From a virus: a stretch of 64,000 bases of DNA. The notes below the pieces were generated by a model. It was given only the letters and a program-made list of their open reading frames with translations, was not told where the DNA came from and made no database searches. The translations under genes and the position numbers were made by a program. The stretch spans positions 93,288 through 157,287 of the IMG/VR virus record IMGVR_UViG_3300020171_000001; one strand, written 5' to 3'. Below, piece after piece: positions 28,077 to 36,788 of the stretch; position 1 is the stretch's first letter, and each line of letters starts with the position of its first letter.

Positions 28077-29011
28077 CAGCCTGGCTCCTTGGGTACCAGC
28101 ACGAAGGGCAACTCCGCGCACTGGAAACCCCCAGCACCCGCATGACCGCCGCCCCCGTGCTTCTCGCAGACCCTCGAGAGGTCCACGCTCGGATGCGTGG
28201 TGTAGAGTCGCACGGTCCAGTGGCCGTTAGCCCAACCGAAGGTGCACATGGCGTGGTGCCGTTGCATGTCGAACACGGACTCCAAGACGAGAGAGCCCTT
28301 CTCCGCTGCGTTCATGGCCACGAGCTTCATGCCGTCGAACTCGGTCTCGAAGCTGCACGCCTTGGCCGTCTGCTCGTACTGCAGCATCTGGTACAGATAG
28401 ATGGCTTCGCCGTCCTGACATGTACTCCGGATGTCAGACTCGTCGCTCGCGAAGATCCGCTGCCAGTCCGGGGACTCGGGCATGAACTTGGCCATGCGCA
28501 TGCCGTACTGGAACGCAATCGCGTCGGGGTCTTCGTCGTGCTGCCACACGTCGTACAGGGACAGCAGATGCACGGTGCGCGGTACAGGCTCGTCCGGGAA
28601 GAAGCAGCGCCACGCCAGTTCGCACGCAGCGATTCCCTCCTCCTGGAGTCCGGCCAGTTCGTGCCCGAGTTCGAGGACACCAGCCATGGCCGACCGATGG
28701 TGGTCAATCCAGATCAGATTGCACAAGGCGTCGAGCTTGACCATCTCCTCGACGGGCTCGATGCACCAGTCTACCATGACCACCGTGGTATCTCGGTCGA
28801 CCTTGTCCCACGGGAATGGCTTGCCGTAGTCCATTCCGAGGAGCTGGGCACCTGGGAACTTCCGCAGCGCAATAGCCCCGGCGCAGCGTCCGTCCAGGTC
28901 GCTCCGGTGATACACGATGAGGGTTGCGTTGCCCACGTCTGTGTCCGCTGCGGCCGGTTCGGTAGCCAAGCCTGTGGTGCCCGCGGTGTCCGTTGCATTC
29001 ATGGTCTCCAT
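28076..29011 (-). CDS. DHH/DHHA1 family phosphoesterase
   Basis: YHRSDLDG, MVD, IWIDHH, GGGGHAGAGGF; AAGGAG RBS. Confidence 0.9.
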   Translation of the reverse strand: METMNATDTAGTTGLATEPAAADTDVGNATLIVYHRSDLDGRCAGAIALRKFPGAQLLGMDYGKPFPWDKVDRDTTVVMVDWCIEPVEEMVKLDALCNLIWIDHHRSAMAGVLELGHELAGLQEEGIAACELAWRCFFPDEPVPRTVHLLSLYDVWQHDEDPDAIAFQYGMRMAKFMPESPDWQRIFASDESDIRSTCQDGEAIYLYQMLQYEQTAKACSFETEFDGMKLVAMNAAEKGSLVLESVFDMQRHHAMCTFGWANGHWTVRLYTTHPSVDLSRVCEKHGGGGHAGAGGFQCAELPFVLVPKEPG

Positions 29012-29024
29012 GTTTCTCTGCTCC

Positions 29025-29402
29025 TTACTTGACGAGGATTGTCTGCCGGAAGTCATCGCCGAAGACTCCCCGCAGGGCTACGAACAGCGGCTTGTTGATG
29101 ATGTCAGCCACAGGCTTCTCGTGCTGCGTCTCCCCGAGTTCTCGGGGCAGGCGAAGGCCCTTCTCGGCCATGCTCGCGAGCAACCGGGAGATCCCGCGGG
29201 GTGTGAGGTCGCCGGCGTCGTTCATGCGTTTCAAGAAATGCGCGGGGATCGCCACCTGCTGCATCACCGCTTCAGCGGTTTCAGCAGTTTGGGGCACTCC
29301 GTCTTTCTCGAAGGTGAAGCGGTACCGTGTCTCGACCAGGATCTCCAGGCACTTCTCTCCGACGGCGCTGACAAAGCCACTCTGTCGCTCTTTCTCAAGC
29401 AT
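29025..29402 (-). CDS. hypothetical protein
   Basis: GGAGG RBS, MLEKERQ...; in operon. Confidence 0.55.
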   Translation of the reverse strand: MLEKERQSGFVSAVGEKCLEILVETRYRFTFEKDGVPQTAETAEAVMQQVAIPAHFLKRMNDAGDLTPRGISRLLASMAEKGLRLPRELGETQHEKPVADIINKPLFVALRGVFGDDFRQTILVK

Positions 29403-29518
29403 TGGCTGCCTCCAATTGGCGATGGATTTCCATGGCCAGTACGAATGCGTGGCCCATGACCTTCGTCTCGCAAGCCACAACGTCTTCGTAGGTCATGCCC
29501 AAGCACCGAGCGATCCGG

Positions 29519-29797
29519 TCATGTCAAAATCCCCCCGCGGGCGATGAACATGAGCGGAAACCCGTTAGCATGCGCTGGCATCAGGATCACGAGCGCTGTC
29601 CCATCAGGGAGACCCGCGATCATGTCCTTGCGCTGCTCTGAGAGCACTCGCCGCGTGTCTTCCACCACATCCAACGTCAGGTCGTGCATCTCGAAGTACG
29701 ACTCAGAGACCCCGAGCCAGCGCCCGCGCTGCCCCGTTTCGCCCGTAGCGAACAGGTGGATCTCCATCTTGCAACAGGCGCCCTGCGCGATGATCAT
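29519..29797 (-). CDS. hypothetical protein
   Basis: ATGA-coupled to the DUF1848-like gene. Confidence 0.5.
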   Translation of the reverse strand: MIIAQGACCKMEIHLFATGETGQRGRWLGVSESYFEMHDLTLDVVEDTRRVLSEQRKDMIAGLPDGTALVILMPAHANGFPLMFIARGGILT

Positions 29798-30549
29798 GGG
29801 ACTTCTCCATCGTGCCAGTAGCAATAGAGACATCCGTGGGCGCATGGCCCGTGGCCGGCGAGCAGCTCGTGCTTCCCAGCGATGCAGCCGCAGCCCTCTC
29901 GTCGCCGGTCCTGCCGCCGCGGGTCGCAGACCAGATCCTCATCGTCGGGCTTGAGACTCAGGGCCTCAAGGTCGCGATGGCTCACGCACCCCGGATCGCA
30001 CACGATGCCAGGCTCGCCGCAGACCTCGATGCTTTCAGGCTCAGGCAGGAGGTCTTGCAGGTCACTCAGTGCGTCGATGCGCGTGTCCAGAGGCGCATGG
30101 AAACCATAGGGGAGTGCAGGAGCACCAGCTGCGGCAAGGCGCGCCCGGACATGCTTGTAGTTGTCCAGGAACGAAACCCGGACTCGGTCCCCGACGCGCA
30201 GTCCTGCGAGGCGGATCACACCCTGAGATGCCTGGAGCCAGGGCCTCAGGGGGACGATGGGATCGACCCGGAGCACCGCGCGCTGGCCCCCAAGACGGTC
30301 CCGCAGCGCCTGGTAAGCCTCGAGAGCCACGAGGTGCGCAGGCACACCAGGCTCCAGGGCAGAGCCGCCGTAGCCCGTGATGGTGCTATGGACAATGATG
30401 TTCTCGGGCCAGTCCATCCCAGCGAGCCGGCGGGCGAGCTTGCCTGGGTTCTTCGTGATCAGTATGGCCGGGTGACCGTGCCTGACCCAGGGCTTCCAGC
30501 GCGTGTCGAGAGATGCGTCGCCGCGCTCTGTGATTCCAATGATGGTCAC
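29794..30549 (-). CDS. DUF1848-like (radical-SAM-related) Fe-S protein
   Basis: ITKNP, TITGYG..LEPGVP, LRVDPI, SFLD.Y, GCV and C-terminal RREGCGC...CAHGCLYCY. Confidence 0.8.
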   Translation of the reverse strand: MTIIGITERGDASLDTRWKPWVRHGHPAILITKNPGKLARRLAGMDWPENIIVHSTITGYGGSALEPGVPAHLVALEAYQALRDRLGGQRAVLRVDPIVPLRPWLQASQGVIRLAGLRVGDRVRVSFLDNYKHVRARLAAAGAPALPYGFHAPLDTRIDALSDLQDLLPEPESIEVCGEPGIVCDPGCVSHRDLEALSLKPDDEDLVCDPRRQDRRREGCGCIAGKHELLAGHGPCAHGCLYCYWHDGEVP

Positions 30550-31070
30550 GTGTTGACCTCTTCCCAGAGCTTCTGGAGATCGACAGGGTTGACCGAGCCT
30601 CGGTAGTCGTTGATCTTGCCGCGGTTTCCGGTGAGCGTTTCAAAGGCGAGACGGCCCACGGCCACGACCACGGCTTCGGGGTTCCCCTGGGTCACCGAGA
30701 GGAGCTCGCCGATGAGCCGCCGACGGCATGCCTTGGCCGAGAGCTTCTTGACCAAGTCCAGCCCCAGCGTGGCTCCGCTGGCCAGTAGAACCTTGCGGGG
30801 CTGGCAAAGCGCACAATTCGATGTCCACACCTGCTCCCGGGTGAATCCCGAAGGGTCTCCGCCGTTGGCGCACATGACCCACTGCGCCTTGCCAGTGGCA
30901 CCGACGAAGCCCCTGCCCTCGCGAACCTCACTCGTGCCTGGGCCCTCGCCCACGATGCAGAGCTTGGCCGGGTAGATACCGTCGGGCAAAACCATGCGGT
31001 CTCCGCGCAGCGGGCACAGATGACAATCGGGCTGCACGATCAGCCCGTGGTAGTAGTACGGGGCTGGCAC
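30546..31070 (-). CDS. family-4 uracil-DNA glycosylase, lacking the C-terminal PTxH motif
   Basis: CHLCPL, IVGEGPG..E...GRGFVGATG, SNCALC, ACRRRLIGEL, VVVAVGRLAF, INDYRG; stops before the His motif. Confidence 0.88.
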   Translation of the reverse strand: MPAPYYYHGLIVQPDCHLCPLRGDRMVLPDGIYPAKLCIVGEGPGTSEVREGRGFVGATGKAQWVMCANGGDPSGFTREQVWTSNCALCQPRKVLLASGATLGLDLVKKLSAKACRRRLIGELLSVTQGNPEAVVVAVGRLAFETLTGNRGKINDYRGSVNPVDLQKLWEEVNT

Positions 31071-31598
31071 CTACGGTGTCTCCTCGGGGGGCCTCGTATC
31101 CCAAATGTCTTCTGTGGCCCTTGCCGGCCCCGGATTCATGTACTCCTGCCACGTCCGGTCGAAGAAGTGCCGCCCCCGCGCTTCCTGCGACGGGCCGCCC
31201 ATCGGGAAGTACATGTGGAGGCAACCCGGAACCACGACGTCGGGGCACCCGCCCAGCGCCTGGAGTATCTCCCGGAGCCTTGAGCGGAGTTCCTCTGCGT
31301 AGCTTTCGGGGCGCGCGTGGACCACCAGAGCCAATGGCCCGCAAATGGCCGGTCTGCGCAGAGCCGCGGCCGCAGCCGTGCATAGCATCTTCGTGGTCTC
31401 GCCAGTCCTCCGTCTGGACAAGATAGCGTCGGTCGTTTGCTCGTCGCCGTTTTGCCCGCGCCGTTCCACGGCCTGTCGGATGCCCTCCAGGAACATCTCC
31501 CTCCAGGGCATTAGGCCGAGAGCATCAGCTACACGTTCTGGAGTCCAAACCGGTGCAACAGCGGCAGCAGTTGGATCCACCTCGGAACCTGTTGCCAT
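31071..31598 (-). CDS. hypothetical protein with degenerate P-loop-like motif
   Basis: SRRRTGETTKML resembles RR.GKTT. Confidence 0.5.
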   Translation of the reverse strand: MATGSEVDPTAAAVAPVWTPERVADALGLMPWREMFLEGIRQAVERRGQNGDEQTTDAILSRRRTGETTKMLCTAAAAALRRPAICGPLALVVHARPESYAEELRSRLREILQALGGCPDVVVPGCLHMYFPMGGPSQEARGRHFFDRTWQEYMNPGPARATEDIWDTRPPEETP

Positions 31599-31632
31599 CT
31601 TCAGTCTCCATTCTCGTAGCGAGAAGAATGCG

Positions 31633-31660
31633 GCCAGCCCCCAAGACCGCGGGGGCTGGC
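31633..31660 (-). terminator. 10-bp GC hairpin after the SSB gene (terminator or stabiliser)
   Basis: GCCAGCCCCC-N8-GGGGGCTGGC perfect stem, weak U-tract. Confidence 0.55.
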
Positions 31661-31671
31661 GCATCACTGCG

Positions 31672-32325
31672 TTAGCCCCTCGGCGGCGGGGGCGGGGGCG
31701 GGGGCGGGACCATGCCCTGGGCCGGGGCCGCGGGCGCCGCGGGCGCCGCGGGCGGGGCCGGCGGAGCAGCCGGCTGCGCAGGCGCCATGGGCTGGGCCGG
31801 CGGGGCCGGCGGGGCAGCCTGCGGCATGGCGCTGCCGACCTGCTGCTGGGTCACGTAGGCCCAGGTCTCGTCGGTGTAGGGGAGCCGTGCGTTGACGAAG
31901 TTGTTCGTGCCCTGCTTGTTGGGCACCAGCAGGACGATGTACCGGTAGCCGACGCACACGCCCGCGTCGATCTTGTGCCCGGACGCAGCGAGCTGCTGCA
32001 GGTAGCCGGCCAGGGCCTCCTCGCCGCCCATGCACGCGGACCAGAGGGCTTTGTGGGCCTGCATGTCGCGGGTGTCCCGCTCCTTGTCGCCGGTCTTGCC
32101 GTCCCCGATCATGTCGCTGTAGGGCCGGTCCTTCTTCTCGGTGGTGGCGTTGGGCCCGAGGACGATCTTGGTGCGGTACCGGGTGTACGTCCCGGGGCTG
32201 CTCTTGTACGCCTGCTGCGTGTCCACGTCCGTGACCTCAAGGAGATAGTACCCCTCGGGGTACGCGACGTAGCCACCGGACGGCGTGCTGAGGAACTGAT
32301 TCGGATCGAACGGGAGTTCTTTCAT
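31672..32325 (-). CDS. DUF669-like single-stranded DNA-binding protein
   Basis: FDP...YPEGYYLLEVTDVD...K N-terminus; follows the Sak4-like AAA; very high GC3; Pro/Ala-rich tail. Confidence 0.7.
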   Translation of the reverse strand: MKELPFDPNQFLSTPSGGYVAYPEGYYLLEVTDVDTQQAYKSSPGTYTRYRTKIVLGPNATTEKKDRPYSDMIGDGKTGDKERDTRDMQAHKALWSACMGGEEALAGYLQQLAASGHKIDAGVCVGYRYIVLLVPNKQGTNNFVNARLPYTDETWAYVTQQQVGSAMPQAAPPAPPAQPMAPAQPAAPPAPPAAPAAPAAPAQGMVPPPPPPPPPRG

Positions 32326-32380
32326 ACTGTGTCTCCTGCGGCCTCTTCGGACCGGTTACGGGCCCCATGGACCCCGTGCG

Positions 32381-34495
32381 TTACTCTGACCGACTGGGCA
32401 GAGCAATATGGTTGTAGATACGGTTGTAGACAGCCCGGAAGGTGGGCACCCCTGGGATTTCCGGATCCACCAGTTTGCCTTCCGAGAATGCAAAAGCGAA
32501 TCGGTGTCCTACGCTCCCAATGCTCTTCTCATCAGGGGTCGTCCAGAAGATCGGGCGGGTGACCCGCCGGCCCACAGCACTGCCGAGCGTGATGGCCTCT
32601 TCTTTCAGCTCGGTCTGGATGATCAGGTCTGCGCCGGCCGGCACGTACGTGCGGTTTTGGCCGCTGATCCCCAGCACGATCTTGTCCACCTCGGTTTCGC
32701 CTGTGGGCCGCCCCTGCGCGTTGAGCTTTTCGCGCATGACGGCTTGCTCGTGCCCCACGATGATGCGATTCAGTGGCAGTGCGTTGATCCCCTCCTGGAG
32801 CACCTGGAGGAAGTTGTTGAACTGGCCATAGTCAGCGCGCTCGAACAGAACACCGCCCTGCTCCTGCATGCGTTCGGCCCAGCGCTTCGACGGATCGTTG
32901 CTCTTTCGCCCGAGGCCTTGCAGTCCTGGAGGCGGGCGTGTGTCGCTGAGCATGCTGTATCGGAATGCGATCAGGTCCGTCATCCAGAGCCGCTGGAGGA
33001 ATCCGATGGAGTCCAGTACAACCGTGGCCACGCCCCATGCGAGCCAGTTGGCCTCGATCATCTTGATCGCGTCCAGCAGACAATGCTTTGGCGGATACCC
33101 CGAGATGTTCTCCGCGTCACGCGACGATCCAGAGTAGTAGATGTCGAAGTGCGGTGGCTCCGACCGGTTGAAAACTGGCGGCGGCAGATCCTTGTTCTTC
33201 CACTGGCTCAGGAGGTACTGCGCGATCTGCGGGTAGGTCCCCAGCGCCGCGTTGCCGCCTTCGGCCACGATGTTCAGCACGATGGGCGCCGGCCATTGAT
33301 AGCACCAGGTGGAGTTGTGCACCACGAAGTCATTGGCCACGAAGTTGTGACTGCCGTCTACAGTCAAGTCGTAGACTGTATCGACATGGGTAGGTACCAC
33401 ACTGATGACTCGATCAAAGACAATGGGACCGAGGCGATCCAACTGGGTTTCAGATCCCCGTACCTGGTACAGCGCGGCGCGCACGACCTCTGCCTTGGCG
33501 AGCTTCCCGCCGAAGAAGCCAATCTCGTCGATGAAGCGTAGCACGTTGGCCTTGCTGGAAATAGCCAGATCAGAGCCATAATGCTCACCGCCGCGCAGAC
33601 GTTCTCCGACGATCGAGACGATACCGAAGCGGGAGAGTAGGTGTTGGACCTGCTGGACGAGGCGAGTCGATGTCGAACTATAGCTCACTTGCCCTGTGAT
33701 GTGCACCGATCCGTCGCAGGTGAACAGCCGGTTGAGAAACAGAGCCAGTTTACGCTTCTTGAGACCGAATACGAAGTCCGGGATGAACTTGTCGGGGGAT
33801 CGCAGCCCGTGCAATCCTACCTTCTTGAGGAAGGTGATGATGCTGTTGCGCTTGCCCTTCTTGCCGCGTACCCGGACGTGGGATATTCCCTCCTTGTTGG
33901 TGAACTCCACGCACTCGCCGCCTCTGGCCTCCACCGCGGCTTCGAAGTCCATACGGACCTCTGGATCAGCCTTGGTGAAGACGGGCGAGGAGCTTGGGCC
34001 AAGGGATCCGTCGGCGATGAGATAGGCCAGGATCTTGATCAGCGAGTCGTTGGTCTTGGTGCTGCCGAACATGCTCGGGTATTCGGCAATGATAGCTACA
34101 CGGTCCCCAACACCCAGATCGGAGAGGTCTTTCCAGCCTCCTCGTGTGAGGAACGGATGGTTGCCAGTAGCCTCGATGCTCCGCCCCGTCTGGGTCGTCA
34201 GTCGGTAGAGCTGGGCAGGCTCATGAATTGAATAGCCACTCGGGCGCTGCGGCACAATGACGCTGGCCTCTTTCATGGTGAAGACACTCGCCTCGCTACC
34301 TTCAACCACGTCCTTTATTGTCGTGGGGCGTCCAGTGCCCGGGTCGTACATGATCGTGTCGCCGCTCAGGCACTTCCATGTCTTGGGCGGCCCAAAGATG
34401 AGAACGGAGCACTTCTTCGATGTCTTTGGATCCACCAGGGTGGATTGGTCCACAGATGCCTCGTAGGTCACGGCGTCATTCCATTGCGCGGTCAT
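32381..34495 (-). CDS. AAA_24/Sak4-like recombination ATPase, intein-containing
   Basis: VLIFGPPKTWK|intein|ST Walker A, TVVLDSI Walker B, DYG, IIVGHE; ATGA-coupled to SNF2 gene. Confidence 0.82.
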   Translation of the reverse strand: MTAQWNDAVTYEASVDQSTLVDPKTSKKCSVLIFGPPKTWKCLSGDTIMYDPGTGRPTTIKDVVEGSEASVFTMKEASVIVPQRPSGYSIHEPAQLYRLTTQTGRSIEATGNHPFLTRGGWKDLSDLGVGDRVAIIAEYPSMFGSTKTNDSLIKILAYLIADGSLGPSSSPVFTKADPEVRMDFEAAVEARGGECVEFTNKEGISHVRVRGKKGKRNSIITFLKKVGLHGLRSPDKFIPDFVFGLKKRKLALFLNRLFTCDGSVHITGQVSYSSTSTRLVQQVQHLLSRFGIVSIVGERLRGGEHYGSDLAISSKANVLRFIDEIGFFGGKLAKAEVVRAALYQVRGSETQLDRLGPIVFDRVISVVPTHVDTVYDLTVDGSHNFVANDFVVHNSTWCYQWPAPIVLNIVAEGGNAALGTYPQIAQYLLSQWKNKDLPPPVFNRSEPPHFDIYYSGSSRDAENISGYPPKHCLLDAIKMIEANWLAWGVATVVLDSIGFLQRLWMTDLIAFRYSMLSDTRPPPGLQGLGRKSNDPSKRWAERMQEQGGVLFERADYGQFNNFLQVLQEGINALPLNRIIVGHEQAVMREKLNAQGRPTGETEVDKIVLGISGQNRTYVPAGADLIIQTELKEEAITLGSAVGRRVTRPIFWTTPDEKSIGSVGHRFAFAFSEGKLVDPEIPGVPTFRAVYNRIYNHIALPSRSE
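33314..34372 (-). mobile_element. intein (353 aa) with LAGLIDADG homing endonuclease
   Basis: Starts CLSGDT, block B TGNHPF, LAYLIADG and LFTCDG motifs, ends VYDLTV..HNFVANDFVVHN/S. Confidence 0.95.
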
Positions 34496-36585
34496 GCGTT
34501 CTCCGTTGGGAAGACCTGCCACAGGATCACTCGGTCTTCGTTGTCTTGCACGATGACGGCCCAGCCCTTTCCAGGGCAATACCCGAGGCCGGCGAGCGTG
34601 TCCTCGTCCAGACTCTCGAGACACGCCAGTGCTTCCGGCGGCGCGCCGTGCAACGCCCATTGCTCGGCCGGGACAAGAGGGAAGTCGGTAAGCGGATCCA
34701 CGAGTTCTTCAGTCGGCTCACCCACGGGCACAGGGCCATTCGCGAGTATGGGCGCGTCGCGCACATCACCAGATTCACCAGTGGGACCAGCATGCCCAGT
34801 GGACTCGTCGGCAGACTCAGGGGCCAAGGCCATTCCGGCTTCCCCCATTCCGGGTGCTACAAACGGATCCAGCACTTGAAGATGCTGGATTATGCCGTCC
34901 CAGAGAGCCCCTGCATCCTGCAACAGAGCTGTGTCACCTGCGAGGTCACGTCCTACAGCTTCGTCAGGGCCCAGTCCAAGAACATCGGAGACATCCGATT
35001 CCTTTTCTATGATGCGCTGCAGGATGCGCTCGTCGACTGGGTTGCCGTCCAAGAAAAGGTAGACGGACTCCTTCTCTGTTTCTACGTTGTCGCCCTCAGA
35101 GAGAAGACGGCCTTCTACCTGCAGGTTGGTATCAGGATTCCAGAACGGTGTGACCATCAGCGCAGCCGTGGCTGTCCGCAGGCTGTGGTTGGACACGCCA
35201 ATGCTCCCGGCCGTGCCTACAAGGATCGCATGGTCATAGTCCCCGAGCGCTGCACACACGGCCCAGCGCTTGGCCACCAGCATGCCTCCGTCTACGGGCC
35301 CGAGAATCGACACGGTCTCTGGGGCCGTCTCCCGGAGTTCAGCGGTTAGGACCTTGGCGCTCTCCCGGCGCTCGGTGAAGACGATGACTCGAGCGTGCTG
35401 CGTGGCAAGGGACAAGGCCTCGCGGGCTGCATGACGCACCTTCACAGAGGCCATGGCCGTGATAGCGTGGGTCAACGCGACCAACTTCTCCGGGTATTTC
35501 TGCGTCGACTCTGCACCCGCGCCATTGGCGTTCAGGGAGAGCCGAAAGCCCCCCAGGTTCACGCGGATCTTGGGGTTCTTTGCTTGTCGGGCCTGCGCGG
35601 CTTTGCGCCCGGCGGAAAGGATGGCTTCCTGCAACTCACTGCGCTCAGATCCTGTGAGTACAAGGCGCTTGGCTGTTCGACGGACTCGCGTACCGCCCAA
35701 CGCTGCTGCCGTGCCACGACTGACCTTTAGCGTGCAGCTGTTGATCCGCGCCCGGAGTTCCGCCGTGTTTGTGGCGCCCGTGGGCCGCCAATACACCTGG
35801 CCACCGCGTGACCGGTTCTGCTCGAGCCCCACGTACCGCACTGAGAACTCGTGGGCTGTCCCCCACTGGCCAGGTTGCATACAGTCGAGCTGGGACCAGA
35901 GGTTTTGGCGACCCGTTCGAATCGGCGTCGCCGTCAGCCCGATTCGATAGCGCACCGAAGCCATACCGCTGAGGGCCCGCGACGCGCGGGTGCGCTGCGC
36001 CGCAGGGTTCGCGATGCAGTGGGACTCATCGAAGATAATAACGTAGGGGTGCTGCCCATGGGGCAGTCGCCCGATATCCAGTGTGTTGTCATCCAGGACC
36101 TCGTAGTGCACGAAGGTCCATGTGTTTCCGGGGAGCGACGTGGTAGCTTTTCGCTGGTCCCACGGCACAACGCGGAGGTCGAAGCACCGCGCCGGATCGC
36201 TATTCGGGGCGCACCAAGTATCAAGGGCTTGGAGCGGTCCGACGATCATCCCGGGCTGACCCAGCAAACCCATGCGCCAGATGGCCTGGAGCGACAAAAA
36301 GGTCTTCCCCATGCCGGGCTGGGCATAATAGCTGCAGCCATTGGCTTGGAATCCCAGCGCGTCCAACCCATGGCTGTGGAGAGCTTCAGTCATGAACGAC
36401 ACAGCACGTCGCTGGTACCCCTTGAGTCGGTAGTGCCCGAATGGCGTACGGTCTACGGGGTCTTCGGGGTAGTCCAGAATGCTGCGAAGCGGCATGGTGA
36501 GATCCAGGCAGTTCACCGGGATGCTCTCTCCTCCGCGTGTGACGCGATAGGGTCCGACAATTTTGATTAGCGATTCCAACGCCAA
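34492..36585 (-). CDS. SNF2-family helicase
   Basis: LKGYQ, QPGMGKT, DESH, TATPI...LWSQL, WNP...QVEGR. Confidence 0.88.
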   Translation of the reverse strand: MALESLIKIVGPYRVTRGGESIPVNCLDLTMPLRSILDYPEDPVDRTPFGHYRLKGYQRRAVSFMTEALHSHGLDALGFQANGCSYYAQPGMGKTFLSLQAIWRMGLLGQPGMIVGPLQALDTWCAPNSDPARCFDLRVVPWDQRKATTSLPGNTWTFVHYEVLDDNTLDIGRLPHGQHPYVIIFDESHCIANPAAQRTRASRALSGMASVRYRIGLTATPIRTGRQNLWSQLDCMQPGQWGTAHEFSVRYVGLEQNRSRGGQVYWRPTGATNTAELRARINSCTLKVSRGTAAALGGTRVRRTAKRLVLTGSERSELQEAILSAGRKAAQARQAKNPKIRVNLGGFRLSLNANGAGAESTQKYPEKLVALTHAITAMASVKVRHAAREALSLATQHARVIVFTERRESAKVLTAELRETAPETVSILGPVDGGMLVAKRWAVCAALGDYDHAILVGTAGSIGVSNHSLRTATAALMVTPFWNPDTNLQVEGRLLSEGDNVETEKESVYLFLDGNPVDERILQRIIEKESDVSDVLGLGPDEAVGRDLAGDTALLQDAGALWDGIIQHLQVLDPFVAPGMGEAGMALAPESADESTGHAGPTGESGDVRDAPILANGPVPVGEPTEELVDPLTDFPLVPAEQWALHGAPPEALACLESLDEDTLAGLGYCPGKGWAVIVQDNEDRVILWQVFPTENA

Positions 36586-36587
36586 CC

Positions 36588-36726
36588 TTTGTAGCCTCCG
36601 GAGGCGCGTGCAGTCAATATCTTTTTCGATGGGTTACTCGAACGCTGCGGAATCCCACGGGAAAAATCGCGCAACAGGCATACACCAGACTATTCACTTG
36701 ACGCAGGCCGAACCGGGAAGTAGGCT
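36588..36726. promoter_or_regulatory. divergent promoter pair: TTGACG-N17-TAGGCT (+, 36698-36726) and TTGACT-N18-TACAAA (-, 36588-36617)
   Basis: AT-richer gap between divergent SNF2 and AAA_25 genes. Confidence 0.6.
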
Positions 36727-36788
36727 CGCGCAGATATTTCGGCAGGCCGTGCAAGGCCTAATTTTGCTTTTCTGTGAGGAGCCGCGCC

